46,387 bases of DNA from an uncultured Anaerolineales bacterium (GCA_964452025.1 CAYVKR010000001.1:1-46387), one strand, 5' to 3'; positions 25,122-33,872 are shown, counted from the first letter of the stretch. Numbers and translations: made by a program. Notes: a model not told the origin generated them from the letters alone.

Positions 25122-26636
25122 ATGCGTATAAGTTTGATCAATGTGAATCTGGTAGCACAAGACGCGATTGGTCAGTGTATGCTGCACCAGTTGCGCTTCT
25201 TCCGTCGTCGGGGTGATGAGGTACGGACCTACACCTTGCATCCCCCAGAAGGTGTAACAGAAGACATCGTGGAGCTGACGCGCGTGGTAGACCTTGCAGA
25301 TCTTATTGCCCGTCGGGGTGAGCACTTTGCACGTTCCGACCTGTACATCTATCATTATCCGGGACGATATCCCTTGATGGAGAGCATCAAGGGGCTGGAG
25401 CGCGGCGCCGTGATCTTCTACTATCACAACGTGACGCCGCCAGAGCTCTGGAACGCGGCCTCGGATCGCGAGGCGCTGCGCCACAGTGCTACCAGCGTCG
25501 ATGAGCTGGCCTATTACGCAGATCTTGTGGTGACCCCTAGCCCCTTCAACGCAAAGCAGTTGGTCGAGGAGCAGCACCTTGAAAGGGATCAAATCCGAGT
25601 ACTGCCGCTTGCAGTTCCGCTCAACGACTTTTCTCCAGGGGCACCCGATCCCGCGTTGGTGCGTTTCTATCACGCCGACGGACGCGCCGTGGTCCTCTTC
25701 GTGGGACGAATGGCGAGCAATAAGCGGATCGATCTGCTGATTGAAGCATTATCCAAGGTTCGCCACGCGGTGCCCGGGGCGATGCTTATGTTGGTGGGTG
25801 ATAATGATAGCAATCCGGCGATTAAAGAAACCGTAGCCCATGCCCATCGCAAGGCCGCCGATTTAGGAGTGGCAGATGATGTGGTGTTTGCTGGACGTGT
25901 GGATGACTTGCCCGACTACTATCGCATGGCGTCCGTTTACGCCTCTGCCAGTTTGCACGAGGGCTTTGGCGTGCCGCTCATCGAGGCGATGGCTTCTGGG
26001 TTGCCCGTGGTGGCCAGCCGGACGACGGCGCATCCCTGGGTGGTGAACGAGGCCGGCCTGCTGGCTGAACCTGGGGACGCAGGTGATATGGCTGAAAAGA
26101 TCCTCCAGGTGCTCACAGATGACGAGATCTATGGGGAGTTGGTGCGTCGAGGTTTGCAACGGGCGCGTGAATTCTCGCTGGAGCAGTATCTCTATGGTTG
26201 GGATAAGATTGTGCGGGAAGCAACCGCCTGGCTCCCCGATCAACCTTACCCGCGACCGCAATCGGTCAGGGCGCGCCTAGTAGAGCCCCACGCGGCAGAT
26301 GCGCCCACTGTGGAGGATGTGTTGTTCCAGGGCGAGCTGGGTCGGCTGAACGCGAAGGCGGATATCCGCTTGCGTGGTTACAAGATCCGCTCTAAGATAC
26401 CGATTTTTGGCCCGCTGGTCACATGGTTTCGCCGGAACCTCACCTCGCATCTTCGAGAACCTTACATCGATCCTACTTTTGCGCGCCAGGTGGCTTTCAA
26501 CCGCGAACTCGTTGATCGGCTAGGATGGTTCATAGATCAACTCAAAAAGGCGGAGCGGCGATTAGCTGAGCAGGCGGCACGTATCACCACGTTGGAGAGA
26601 GAGCTGGCGAAACGCAAATCAGGTGAAGACCGGTGA
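25122..26636 (+). CDS. GT4 family glycosyltransferase, paralog A1 (YYHNVTPP type) with C-terminal helical module
   Basis: VIFYYHNVTPPELW and SLHEGFGVPLIEAMASGLPVVAS. About 87-aa tail IPIFGPLVTWFRRN...QVAFNRELV plus coiled coil. Confidence 0.9.
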   Translation: MRISLINVNLVAQDAIGQCMLHQLRFFRRRGDEVRTYTLHPPEGVTEDIVELTRVVDLADLIARRGEHFARSDLYIYHYPGRYPLMESIKGLERGAVIFYYHNVTPPELWNAASDREALRHSATSVDELAYYADLVVTPSPFNAKQLVEEQHLERDQIRVLPLAVPLNDFSPGAPDPALVRFYHADGRAVVLFVGRMASNKRIDLLIEALSKVRHAVPGAMLMLVGDNDSNPAIKETVAHAHRKAADLGVADDVVFAGRVDDLPDYYRMASVYASASLHEGFGVPLIEAMASGLPVVASRTTAHPWVVNEAGLLAEPGDAGDMAEKILQVLTDDEIYGELVRRGLQRAREFSLEQYLYGWDKIVREATAWLPDQPYPRPQSVRARLVEPHAADAPTVEDVLFQGELGRLNAKADIRLRGYKIRSKIPIFGPLVTWFRRNLTSHLREPYIDPTFARQVAFNRELVDRLGWFIDQLKKAERRLAEQAARITTLERELAKRKSGEDR

Positions 26637-26651
26637 AGTGTCGTAAGAGGT

Positions 26652-27527
26652 ATGATGACGTACCATAAAGTTTCTACAGACACGACGGTCATCTTCTTGC
26701 ACATCCAGAAGACCGCAGGGACGACGTTACACCGCATCATCGAGCGATACTACACGCCGGAGGAGATCTATTTCTTCGACGCGCACACGTATACGTATGA
26801 GCATTTCTCGAGTTTGAGTGCAGCAGAGCGGGCAAACATCCGCATGCTCCGGGGCCACATGGTCTTTGGACCGCATGAGCTGTTGCCGCAACCGACGACC
26901 TACTTCACCGTACTGCGCGATCCCATCGAACGTGTGGTCTCGCACTATTACCACGTCCGGCGTGACGCCAATCACTGTTATCATGATTTCCTGATCTCAA
27001 ACGAGATGGATCTAAAAGCCTACGTCGAAAGTGGTATTCATCGGGGAATGAGCGATTTTCAGACGCGAGTGTTGGCCGGCGGCAAGTGGCACAATGCACC
27101 CTATGGGAAGTGTCCAGAGGAAGCATTGGAGGCTGCGAAGGAAAACTTTCGAAAACACTTTGCCGTAGTCGGCTTGATGGAGCGGTTCGATGAGACGTTG
27201 TTTTTTCTTAGACGGGCCTTCGGCTGGCGAGACATCTTCTACGTCCCTCGGAACGTGAGTCGCCGCCGACCGAGCAAGCATGAGCTCGCGCCTGAAACGC
27301 TAGAGGCTATTGTCAACGTCAATCGTGTTGACGTTAAACTGTATGCCCATGTGAAGGAGCAATTTGATCAGAACGTTCGCCGACTCGGCCCTGCATTTGC
27401 AGGAAAAGTTCGGGTATTTCGAATAGTCAACCGTTGGTTTGGTCCCTTTCTGTATGGAGAAGGCAAGGCGCAAACAGGATGGGTACGAGATAAAATCCGG
27501 CGCGGGGTCCATTGGATGGTTTCGTAG
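26652..27527 (+). CDS. carbohydrate sulfotransferase-like protein (Sulfotransfer_2/HS6ST-like)
   Basis: 5'-PSB-like FLHIQKTAGTTLHRII and 3'-PB-like YFTVLRDPIERVVSHYYH, as in heparan-sulfate 6-O-sulfotransferase-type enzymes. Confidence 0.85.
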   Translation: MMTYHKVSTDTTVIFLHIQKTAGTTLHRIIERYYTPEEIYFFDAHTYTYEHFSSLSAAERANIRMLRGHMVFGPHELLPQPTTYFTVLRDPIERVVSHYYHVRRDANHCYHDFLISNEMDLKAYVESGIHRGMSDFQTRVLAGGKWHNAPYGKCPEEALEAAKENFRKHFAVVGLMERFDETLFFLRRAFGWRDIFYVPRNVSRRRPSKHELAPETLEAIVNVNRVDVKLYAHVKEQFDQNVRRLGPAFAGKVRVFRIVNRWFGPFLYGEGKAQTGWVRDKIRRGVHWMVS

Positions 27528-27610
27528 GGCTTGTTAAGATATCAGTTCTCGTCGCCATCACGCCATGCAGAGATAAACTGAACCCCCGATTTTTTTTGGA
27601 TTTTTTCAGT

Positions 27611-27770
27611 GGTAGTCACCCCTTAACCTGTTGGTGGCATAAGCTACCTTCCCGGAAGCTGGGAAAACTAATCTGACAGGCTAAAACCTGCGCAAGGGTG
27701 GGTAGTTCTGCTCAGAACCATCCGCCCTACCTTCCGGGAAGGTGACCCACACTCAAGAGGGAGACTATCT
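27611..27770 (+). other. nested inverted-repeat / structured-RNA candidate in a 360-bp intergenic gap
   Basis: Outer imperfect IR ggtagtcaccc (27611-27621) / gggagactatc (27759-27769). Perfect 13-bp stem accttcccggaag (27646-27658) / cttccgggaaggt (27731-27743). Central 13-position hairpin gggtgggtagttc (27696-27708) / gaaccatccgccc (27715-27727): 10 Watson-Crick pairs, 2 GU wobbles and 1 mismatch. Confidence 0.35.
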
Positions 27771-27794
27771 TTCAGTAGAGTCAGTGTTATTTAG

Positions 27795-27803
27795 TGTTAT
27801 AAT
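27795..27803 (+). promoter_or_regulatory. extended -10 promoter element TGTTATAAT
   Basis: Exact TGnTATAAT about 85 nt upstream of the epimerase ATG. Same 9-mer as at 13639(-) and 34072(+). Confidence 0.45.
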
Positions 27804-27888
27804 GGGATTTTGCTGGAAATCCTTGTTATCATGTTGGCACAACACGGATTTGATTAGCTACAATAGATAATCAGTAAGGAGGAATTGG

Positions 27889-28908
27889 ATGAAAATATTT
27901 ATCACAGGCGGCGCTGGCTTCATCGGCTGCAATCTAGCGGATTATCACCTCAGCCAGGGTGACGAGGTCATCGTCTTTGACAACCTCTCTCGAAAAGGAA
28001 CCGATAACAATTTGCAGTGGTTGCGGGAGCGTAGCGATGGGTTGACGTTTATCTGGGGCGATATTCGAGACTTTGAGGCGCTTCGGGCAGCGCTAAGCGC
28101 GGACGTGGAGCGTGTTTACCACATGGCGGGACAGGTGGCGGTCACCACCTCGGTCACCGATCCCCGCGAAGATTTCGACATCAATGCGCTGGGGACGTTC
28201 AACCTCTTGGAAGCGGTGCGTGCCGAGGCCTCTGAGGCCATCGTCTTCTACGCCTCGACCAACAAAGTGTACGGTGGGATGGAAGACGTAGTGGTTGTTG
28301 AAGACGAGACACGTTACCGTTACCGGGATTTCCCTCAAGGTATTTCCGAGACTCAACCCCTGGATTTTCATTCACCCTATGGTTGTTCCAAAGGCGCTGG
28401 TGATCAATATGTGCGCGATTATGCGCGCATCTACGGCTTGAAGACCGTTGTCTTTCGGCAGTCGTGCATCTACGGGACGCGCCAGTTCGGCGTAGAGGAT
28501 CAGGGCTGGGTGGCCCATTTCTGCATTGCTGCTCGGCTCGGACGTCCCATCACGATCTACGGCAACGGCAAACAGGTGCGAGATGTGCTGTGGATCGAGG
28601 ATCTGGTGCAGGCCTACGAATCGGCGGCATCCAACATCGAACAGACGGCGGGGAGGATCTACAATATCGGGGGCGGCGCAAAGAACACCATGGCGATCTG
28701 GGCGGAGTTTGGCCCTATCCTGGAGGAACTGGCGGGACATCCGATTCCTGTGACGTATTCCGAATGGCGTCCGGGGGATCAGCCCGTCTACGTCAGTGAC
28801 ATCAGCCGGGCGGAGGAGGAATTCGGTTGGATGCCTGAGACCTCCGTTAGAGAAGGCATTGGCAAATTGTGGGCCTGGATCGACAGCAATCCTGAGCTCT
28901 TTGAGTGA
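27889..28908 (+). CDS. NAD-dependent epimerase/dehydratase, CDP-paratose 2-epimerase (RfbE/TyvE)-like
   Basis: MKIFITGGAGFIGCNL, FDNLSRKGTDNNLQWL, STNKVYG, LDFHSPYGCSKGAGDQYVRDYARIYGLKTVVFRQSCIYGTRQFGVEDQGW. Strong aaggagg RBS. Confidence 0.9.
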   Translation: MKIFITGGAGFIGCNLADYHLSQGDEVIVFDNLSRKGTDNNLQWLRERSDGLTFIWGDIRDFEALRAALSADVERVYHMAGQVAVTTSVTDPREDFDINALGTFNLLEAVRAEASEAIVFYASTNKVYGGMEDVVVVEDETRYRYRDFPQGISETQPLDFHSPYGCSKGAGDQYVRDYARIYGLKTVVFRQSCIYGTRQFGVEDQGWVAHFCIAARLGRPITIYGNGKQVRDVLWIEDLVQAYESAASNIEQTAGRIYNIGGGAKNTMAIWAEFGPILEELAGHPIPVTYSEWRPGDQPVYVSDISRAEEEFGWMPETSVREGIGKLWAWIDSNPELFE

Positions 28909-28932
28909 GCCAGTCAGGACGTGGGAGAGCCT

Positions 28933-29448
28933 ATGAACAGAGACGACGTACGTGACGTTATCGAGATCCGAGATCCTGAGCTTGATGCGGAAGCCATCAT
29001 GCGGCAGATCCGGGAGAACATCCGCGAGCGACGCGCAGAGGCCGAAGCCAAGGGATTGAACTACGAGGCTTTTGTTGAAGGTTTGTACGCATCGCAGGTC
29101 AGCGCCCGTTTTGACCACCAGATTTACTATGATCTGCGCCGCATGAGTGTGGGATATGACAAGGTCGGAGTGGGGCTTTCGCTCACCGAGTCTCAACTGC
29201 CCATTATTGCTCCGCTGGTGCAGCGAGTCCGCCGGGCCTTACATCACCTCGTGATCTACTACGTCAACAAGTTGGCGGCGCAACAGGCGCGTTTCAATGA
29301 GTTTGTGGTGCGTGCCCTGACCAATCTTGTCAAGGCATTGGAAGATGGCCCGACGCCCGATGAGGTCGCAGCGCTGCAGGCGGAGGTAGAGGCATTGCGT
29401 GACCGGATCGAACACCTGGAGGCGCAGGCAGGTTCAGAACAAGCATGA
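28933..29448 (+). CDS. hypothetical helical/coiled-coil protein: stand-alone copy of the GT C-terminal module
   Basis: 171 aa. LPIIAPLVQRVRRALHHLVIYYVNKLAAQQARFNEFVV aligns with the tails of the 21216 and 25122 products. C-terminal heptad-like EVAALQAEVEALRDRIEHLEAQ. Confidence 0.7.
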   Translation: MNRDDVRDVIEIRDPELDAEAIMRQIRENIRERRAEAEAKGLNYEAFVEGLYASQVSARFDHQIYYDLRRMSVGYDKVGVGLSLTESQLPIIAPLVQRVRRALHHLVIYYVNKLAAQQARFNEFVVRALTNLVKALEDGPTPDEVAALQAEVEALRDRIEHLEAQAGSEQA

Positions 29449-30620
29449 AACTGGCCATTGTGGTGCCTCGCTACGGTGAGGAGATTCTGGGCGGCGCGGA
29501 GACCTTCGCGCGGGAACTGGCGGAGCGCCTGCCCAGCCCGGCGTACGAGGTTGAGGTATTGACAACCTGCGCTGACGATCTCGTCCGCTGGCGTAACGTC
29601 TTTCCCGCCGGAGAGACAAAGATCAACGGCGTACTGGTCCATCGCTTCCCCATCGATCACAGCCAGCGGAACGAAAAGCGGTACTGGGAACTGATGATCA
29701 AGTTTACCAACCGCTGGCCTACCACCGTCGACGAGGAGTATGAGTGGATTGAGCAGAGCGCGCACAGCCCAGAGCTCTACGCGCACATTGCGCGTTACGG
29801 CTCATCCTATGACTTCCTGATCTTTGTGCCTTACCTCTTTGGGACCACGTTCTACGGCACCGCTCTCTGGCCGGACCGCAGCGTTCTGTGGCCCTGCCTG
29901 CACGATGAACCGTTTGCCCGCTTCTTGCAGACGCGCGTGATGATGCAAGATTGTCGTGGGATCATGTTCACCAGTGAACCGGAGCGGCGGCTGGCTGAGG
30001 GAAAACTGGGCATTCGAAATCCCGGCGCCACCATCGTGGGGTTTGGGCTTGAGCCGTACTTAGCTGACCCCGAACGTTTCCGTCAGCAGTTTGGCATATC
30101 TGATCCTTTTATGCTTTACTCTGGGCGCATTGACAGTATGAAGAACCTGTTGCAACTGCTAACTTTCTTCATTTCCTATAAAGAGACGCATCCCGGCCCG
30201 CTGAAACTGGTGCTGATGGGAAAGGGGCCTCTTCCCATTCCCGACCGATCTGATATCATCGAGATCGGATTTCAGACCGGTCAGACGAAACTGGATGCCT
30301 ACGCAGCTGCAACTCTTCTCTGTCAACCGTCCTTGATGGAAAGTTTCTCGATTGTGATCATGGAAGCGTGGCTGGCCGGCGTGCCCGTGTTGGTCCACGG
30401 CGATTGCGACGTGACTCGGCATCATGTTCTGCGCAGCGATGGCGGCTTGTACTTTGCCGATGAGAAAGAGTTCCACGGCGCTGTGCAGTGGCTGATGTCC
30501 CATCCTGACCAACGACAGCGTATGGGTGAGTTGGGATACGCTTACGTGCGTCGTGAGTACAATTGGGACACGGTCTTAGGGCGGTTTCAGGATGCAATCC
30601 GGCTCTGGCAGCGTCTCTGA
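29445..30620 (+). CDS. GT4 family glycosyltransferase
   Basis: MKLAIVVPRYGEEILGGAETF. QPSLMESFSIVIMEAWLAGVPVLVHG. The ATGA start overlaps the upstream stop. Confidence 0.88.
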   Translation: MKLAIVVPRYGEEILGGAETFARELAERLPSPAYEVEVLTTCADDLVRWRNVFPAGETKINGVLVHRFPIDHSQRNEKRYWELMIKFTNRWPTTVDEEYEWIEQSAHSPELYAHIARYGSSYDFLIFVPYLFGTTFYGTALWPDRSVLWPCLHDEPFARFLQTRVMMQDCRGIMFTSEPERRLAEGKLGIRNPGATIVGFGLEPYLADPERFRQQFGISDPFMLYSGRIDSMKNLLQLLTFFISYKETHPGPLKLVLMGKGPLPIPDRSDIIEIGFQTGQTKLDAYAAATLLCQPSLMESFSIVIMEAWLAGVPVLVHGDCDVTRHHVLRSDGGLYFADEKEFHGAVQWLMSHPDQRQRMGELGYAYVRREYNWDTVLGRFQDAIRLWQRL

Positions 30621-30621
30621 T

Positions 30622-31716
30622 ATGCGTATCCATCAGTTTATTCCCTATTTGCACGGGCCTGGCGATGCGGCAGCCGACCTGATCTACGCGTTTCAACAGG
30701 CGTTTCGTGCCTGGGGGCATGATTCTCGGGTCTTCGCTCTGGAAGCGGACGCTGGCATTGAGGATAGGTGGCTGCCGGTGGAAGCCTATCTCTCAGAGAG
30801 CGACGCTCGCGACATTTTTCTCTACCATTACGTTGTTGGCTCACCGCTGGTGGCACGGCTGCTGGAGAGCCCGGCACGTCTGATGTTATACTATCACAAT
30901 ATCACGCCTGCACGCTATATTGCACCGTTTCATCCGAATCTTGCGGCTTCCCTGCGCGCCGGACGGGAAGCTATTCGAGAACTGCGAGCCGTGCCAGCGC
31001 TTACTCCGTCCAAGTACAACCGCCAGGAACTCCTACAGATGGGCTTTCGGGACGTTAGGGTGGTCCCTTTGTTGGTTGATTTTGAACGCTTGCAGGCGTC
31101 GGCACAGACACCTACGGGCCAGGCGCTCATCCAGCGCTTCGCAGACGGGACTGTCAATTGGGTAACGGTAGGGCGGATTGCGCCCAATAAACGCTGCGAG
31201 GATGTACTCAAGGCCTTTGCCTACTATCAACGAATGATACACGCAGAGGCGCGGTTGTTCTTTGTCGGGGGGAGTCGGCACTTTGAGGCGTATCATTTCA
31301 ATTTGGTTCGCCTCGCAGAGCATCTGGGCATTGAAGATAAAGTGCATTGGTGCGGCTGGGTGCCTTATGAGGAAGGCTTTGGTGCCTATTATCAGATCGC
31401 ATCTGTCTTTGTCTACATGAGCGAGCATGAGGGATTCTGTGTACCGCTGGTGGAAGCGATGTATTTTGAGGTGCCTATTGTCGCCTATGCAGCCGCAGCT
31501 ATCCCCGATACGCTGGGAAGTGCCGGGGTGTTGGTGAAGCATAAACAACACGAGATGATTGCTGGCATGGTCAACCGACTACAAGAGGACCGCGCACTGC
31601 GCGAAAGCCTGCGGCTCAATCAGCGGGAGCGCCTGGCAGATTTTTCGGCTGAGATGATTCTGAGGCGGTTGGCTTCTGCGCTAGATCTTCAGGAAGGAGT
31701 CCGAAGTGACCGCTAG
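30622..31716 (+). CDS. GT4 family glycosyltransferase, paralog A2 (YYHNITP type)
   Basis: MRIHQFIPYL, LMLYYHNITPARYI, SEHEGFCVPLVEAMYFEVPIVAY. Start moved to the ATG 2 nt after the upstream stop. Confidence 0.88.
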   Translation: MRIHQFIPYLHGPGDAAADLIYAFQQAFRAWGHDSRVFALEADAGIEDRWLPVEAYLSESDARDIFLYHYVVGSPLVARLLESPARLMLYYHNITPARYIAPFHPNLAASLRAGREAIRELRAVPALTPSKYNRQELLQMGFRDVRVVPLLVDFERLQASAQTPTGQALIQRFADGTVNWVTVGRIAPNKRCEDVLKAFAYYQRMIHAEARLFFVGGSRHFEAYHFNLVRLAEHLGIEDKVHWCGWVPYEEGFGAYYQIASVFVYMSEHEGFCVPLVEAMYFEVPIVAYAAAAIPDTLGSAGVLVKHKQHEMIAGMVNRLQEDRALRESLRLNQRERLADFSAEMILRRLASALDLQEGVRSDR

Positions 31717-32581
31717 AACTGACGATAGGGATAGAGCCATCGTTTTTCTTCATATTCCCAAGACCGCTGGCACGACGCTGCATCGCATTATCGAGCGCCA
31801 GTATGCGCCCGAGGAGATGTACTCCGTCGGGTTGGTCGACGGGCACTCGGTGGCCCACCTCCAGCAGATGGAGGAAGCGCAGCGCGCCGGCATTCGGATG
31901 TTCCGGGGACACATGGGTTTTGGCGTACATCAGTACCTGCCCGGGCCGACGACCTACTTCACGGTGCTACGTGATCCGGTGGATCGGGTGATCTCGTACT
32001 ACTACTTCATTCGGCGCACTGCAAGTCATTATCTGCACGATTTCATCAGCGAGGGCGAGATTGATCTGAAATCCTTCATTGAGAGCAAAGCCCACGTGAT
32101 GATCGACAACGCGCAAACCCGCGTGATCTCTGGGGTCTGGCACGGGCCGAAGTTTGGTCAGTGCTCGCCAGAGATGCTGGAGAGGGCCAAACAGCATCTA
32201 CAAGATGAGTTCGCTGTGATCGGGCTGACGGAACGGTTCAACGAGACGCTGCTTTTACTCTCCAAGACCTTCGGTTGGCGGCACCTCTATTACACGCGTA
32301 AAAATGTCTCCCGTAAACGACCACGAAAAGAGGATCTGTCAGGGGATACTTTGGACGCCGTGATTCGGGCCAATCGTCTGGATATGGAACTCTACGAATT
32401 CGGCAAACGGTTGTTTGAGGCTCACCTTCAACGCCAATCTTCAGGATTCCAGAGAGAGGTACGTTGGTTTGAAACCACAAATCGCGTGGTTAATGTGGTG
32501 ATCAAAGGCTATTGGGAAGCTAGGAAAGTATCCATACGCACGATGGTAAGAGACTGGTGGCGCCGGATGCGTGACCAATAA
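31706..32581 (+). CDS. carbohydrate sulfotransferase-like protein (paralog of 26652..27527)
   Basis: FLHIPKTAGTTLHRIIER and YFTVLRDPVDRVISYYYF. Same length (291 aa) and colinear with the first sulfotransferase. Confidence 0.85.
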   Translation: MTARTDDRDRAIVFLHIPKTAGTTLHRIIERQYAPEEMYSVGLVDGHSVAHLQQMEEAQRAGIRMFRGHMGFGVHQYLPGPTTYFTVLRDPVDRVISYYYFIRRTASHYLHDFISEGEIDLKSFIESKAHVMIDNAQTRVISGVWHGPKFGQCSPEMLERAKQHLQDEFAVIGLTERFNETLLLLSKTFGWRHLYYTRKNVSRKRPRKEDLSGDTLDAVIRANRLDMELYEFGKRLFEAHLQRQSSGFQREVRWFETTNRVVNVVIKGYWEARKVSIRTMVRDWWRRMRDQ

Positions 32582-32599
32582 ACATCGATGGGAGATAAG

Positions 32600-33679
32600 A
32601 TGAAAATTCATCAGATCATGCCTGGGTTTCTATACAGCGATGCGCTAGGTAACCAGGCCGCTCGCATTCGCAAACTTTTGCGAGAGTGGGGCTTTGAATC
32701 CCAAGTCTATGCGCAGCATCGTGATCGGCGGTTGCGTGATCCAGGTGTTGATTACCGGCGGTATCATAGTGACCCTAATAACATCCTGATCTTTCATTAT
32801 TCCATTGCCTCACCGGTGACGGAGTTTGTGCGTCAGCTTCCAGACAAGGTCGTAGTTTACTATCACAACGTCACACCGCCCGAATTCCTGCGTGGCTACA
32901 ATCCAGATCTCGCCAGGTTGTTGGAGCAAGGGCGCCTGGAGCTGGCATCACTTAAAGACGCTCCCTACGCACTTGCGGCGTCGGAGTACAATCGCCAGGA
33001 GATGTTGGACGTGGGTTTCAAGGATGTTGCTATCTTACCCTACTTCCTCTATTTTGATGAGCTGTTGGCCTCAGCAGAAAGTCCTGCGGGCCAAGAGATT
33101 GTCGAACGTTACGACGACGGCTGGGATAACCTGCTTTTTGTGGGGCGTATTGTGCCGAATAAGCGGCAAGATGATCTGATTCGAGCGTTCAATTACTATC
33201 ACAAACTTGTGAATCCGCAGTCGCGCCTCTTTTTGGTAGGTTCAGATGTCAATGCGCCTGGGTATCAGTTAGAATTGGAGATGATGATTGAGGCGCTGGA
33301 ACTTGATCACGTCCATTTGACAGGGTCTGTAGGATTGCATGAGGGGCTGGGGGGATACTATCGGGCTGCCACGGCGTTTATGTGCATGAGCGAGCACGAA
33401 GGCTTCTGCGTTCCCCTGTTAGAAGCCATGGCGTTTGATGTACCTGTTCTCGCTTTCAACGCGACAGGTATACCGTATACCCTGGGGCCTTCAGGGCTGA
33501 TGGTGAATCGCAAGCAGTATGATGTCTTAGGAGAACTTCTAGGATTGCTTCATGAAGACACAGCTTTGCGTCAGCAGGTGGTCAGGAGCCAACATCGACA
33601 GTTCGAAATGTATGCTCCTGAATACATTGAGCAGAGACTCAAGTCATATGTTGGGGGATTGGTTGACAGCTTTACATAG
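32600..33679 (+). CDS. GT4 family glycosyltransferase, paralog A3 (YYHNVTPP type)
   Basis: MKIHQIMPGF, VVVYYHNVTPPEFL, SEHEGFCVPLLEAMAFDVPVLAF. Colinear with 30622..31716. Confidence 0.88.
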   Translation: MKIHQIMPGFLYSDALGNQAARIRKLLREWGFESQVYAQHRDRRLRDPGVDYRRYHSDPNNILIFHYSIASPVTEFVRQLPDKVVVYYHNVTPPEFLRGYNPDLARLLEQGRLELASLKDAPYALAASEYNRQEMLDVGFKDVAILPYFLYFDELLASAESPAGQEIVERYDDGWDNLLFVGRIVPNKRQDDLIRAFNYYHKLVNPQSRLFLVGSDVNAPGYQLELEMMIEALELDHVHLTGSVGLHEGLGGYYRAATAFMCMSEHEGFCVPLLEAMAFDVPVLAFNATGIPYTLGPSGLMVNRKQYDVLGELLGLLHEDTALRQQVVRSQHRQFEMYAPEYIEQRLKSYVGGLVDSFT

Positions 33680-33765
33680 GTTACAGACTTAGGAATGGTG
33701 ATTAAATAAGTTGTGCGTTTCGTAACCAAAGTTTTCTGGGTATGAGAGCCCCTACTTGTTCTCCG

Positions 33766-33872
33766 TCATTCCGAGGGGCGAAGCGAGTCGAGGAATCTCC
33801 CCCTCTTGCCTCCAATGTTTCCGATGCTTGCACATGAACGTGGTTTTGCGGTCCGGGCGGGGAGATTCCCCG
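33766..33872. repeat. palindromic intergenic element (candidate dispersed repeat)
   Basis: gtcattccgaggggcgaagcgagtcgaggaatctcccc. Perfect 11-bp inverted repeat ggaatctcccc (33792-33802) / ggggagattcc (33859-33869). Confidence 0.35.

Noticed and set aside
27660-27730. c-di-GMP-I (GEMM-I) riboswitch upstream of the epimerase (strings ggcuaaaacc and gcgcaagggu vaguely resemble GEMM-I blocks)
   Set aside because: The two-helix GNRA tetraloop/receptor architecture and the conserved core could not be reproduced by hand. The resemblance is limited to short strings. The region is kept only as a generic structured-element candidate.
28372-29196. 274-aa minus-strand ORF across the epimerase 3' end and the next gene
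   Set aside because: It is antisense to two well-supported + strand genes in a co-directional operon, with no recognisable domain.
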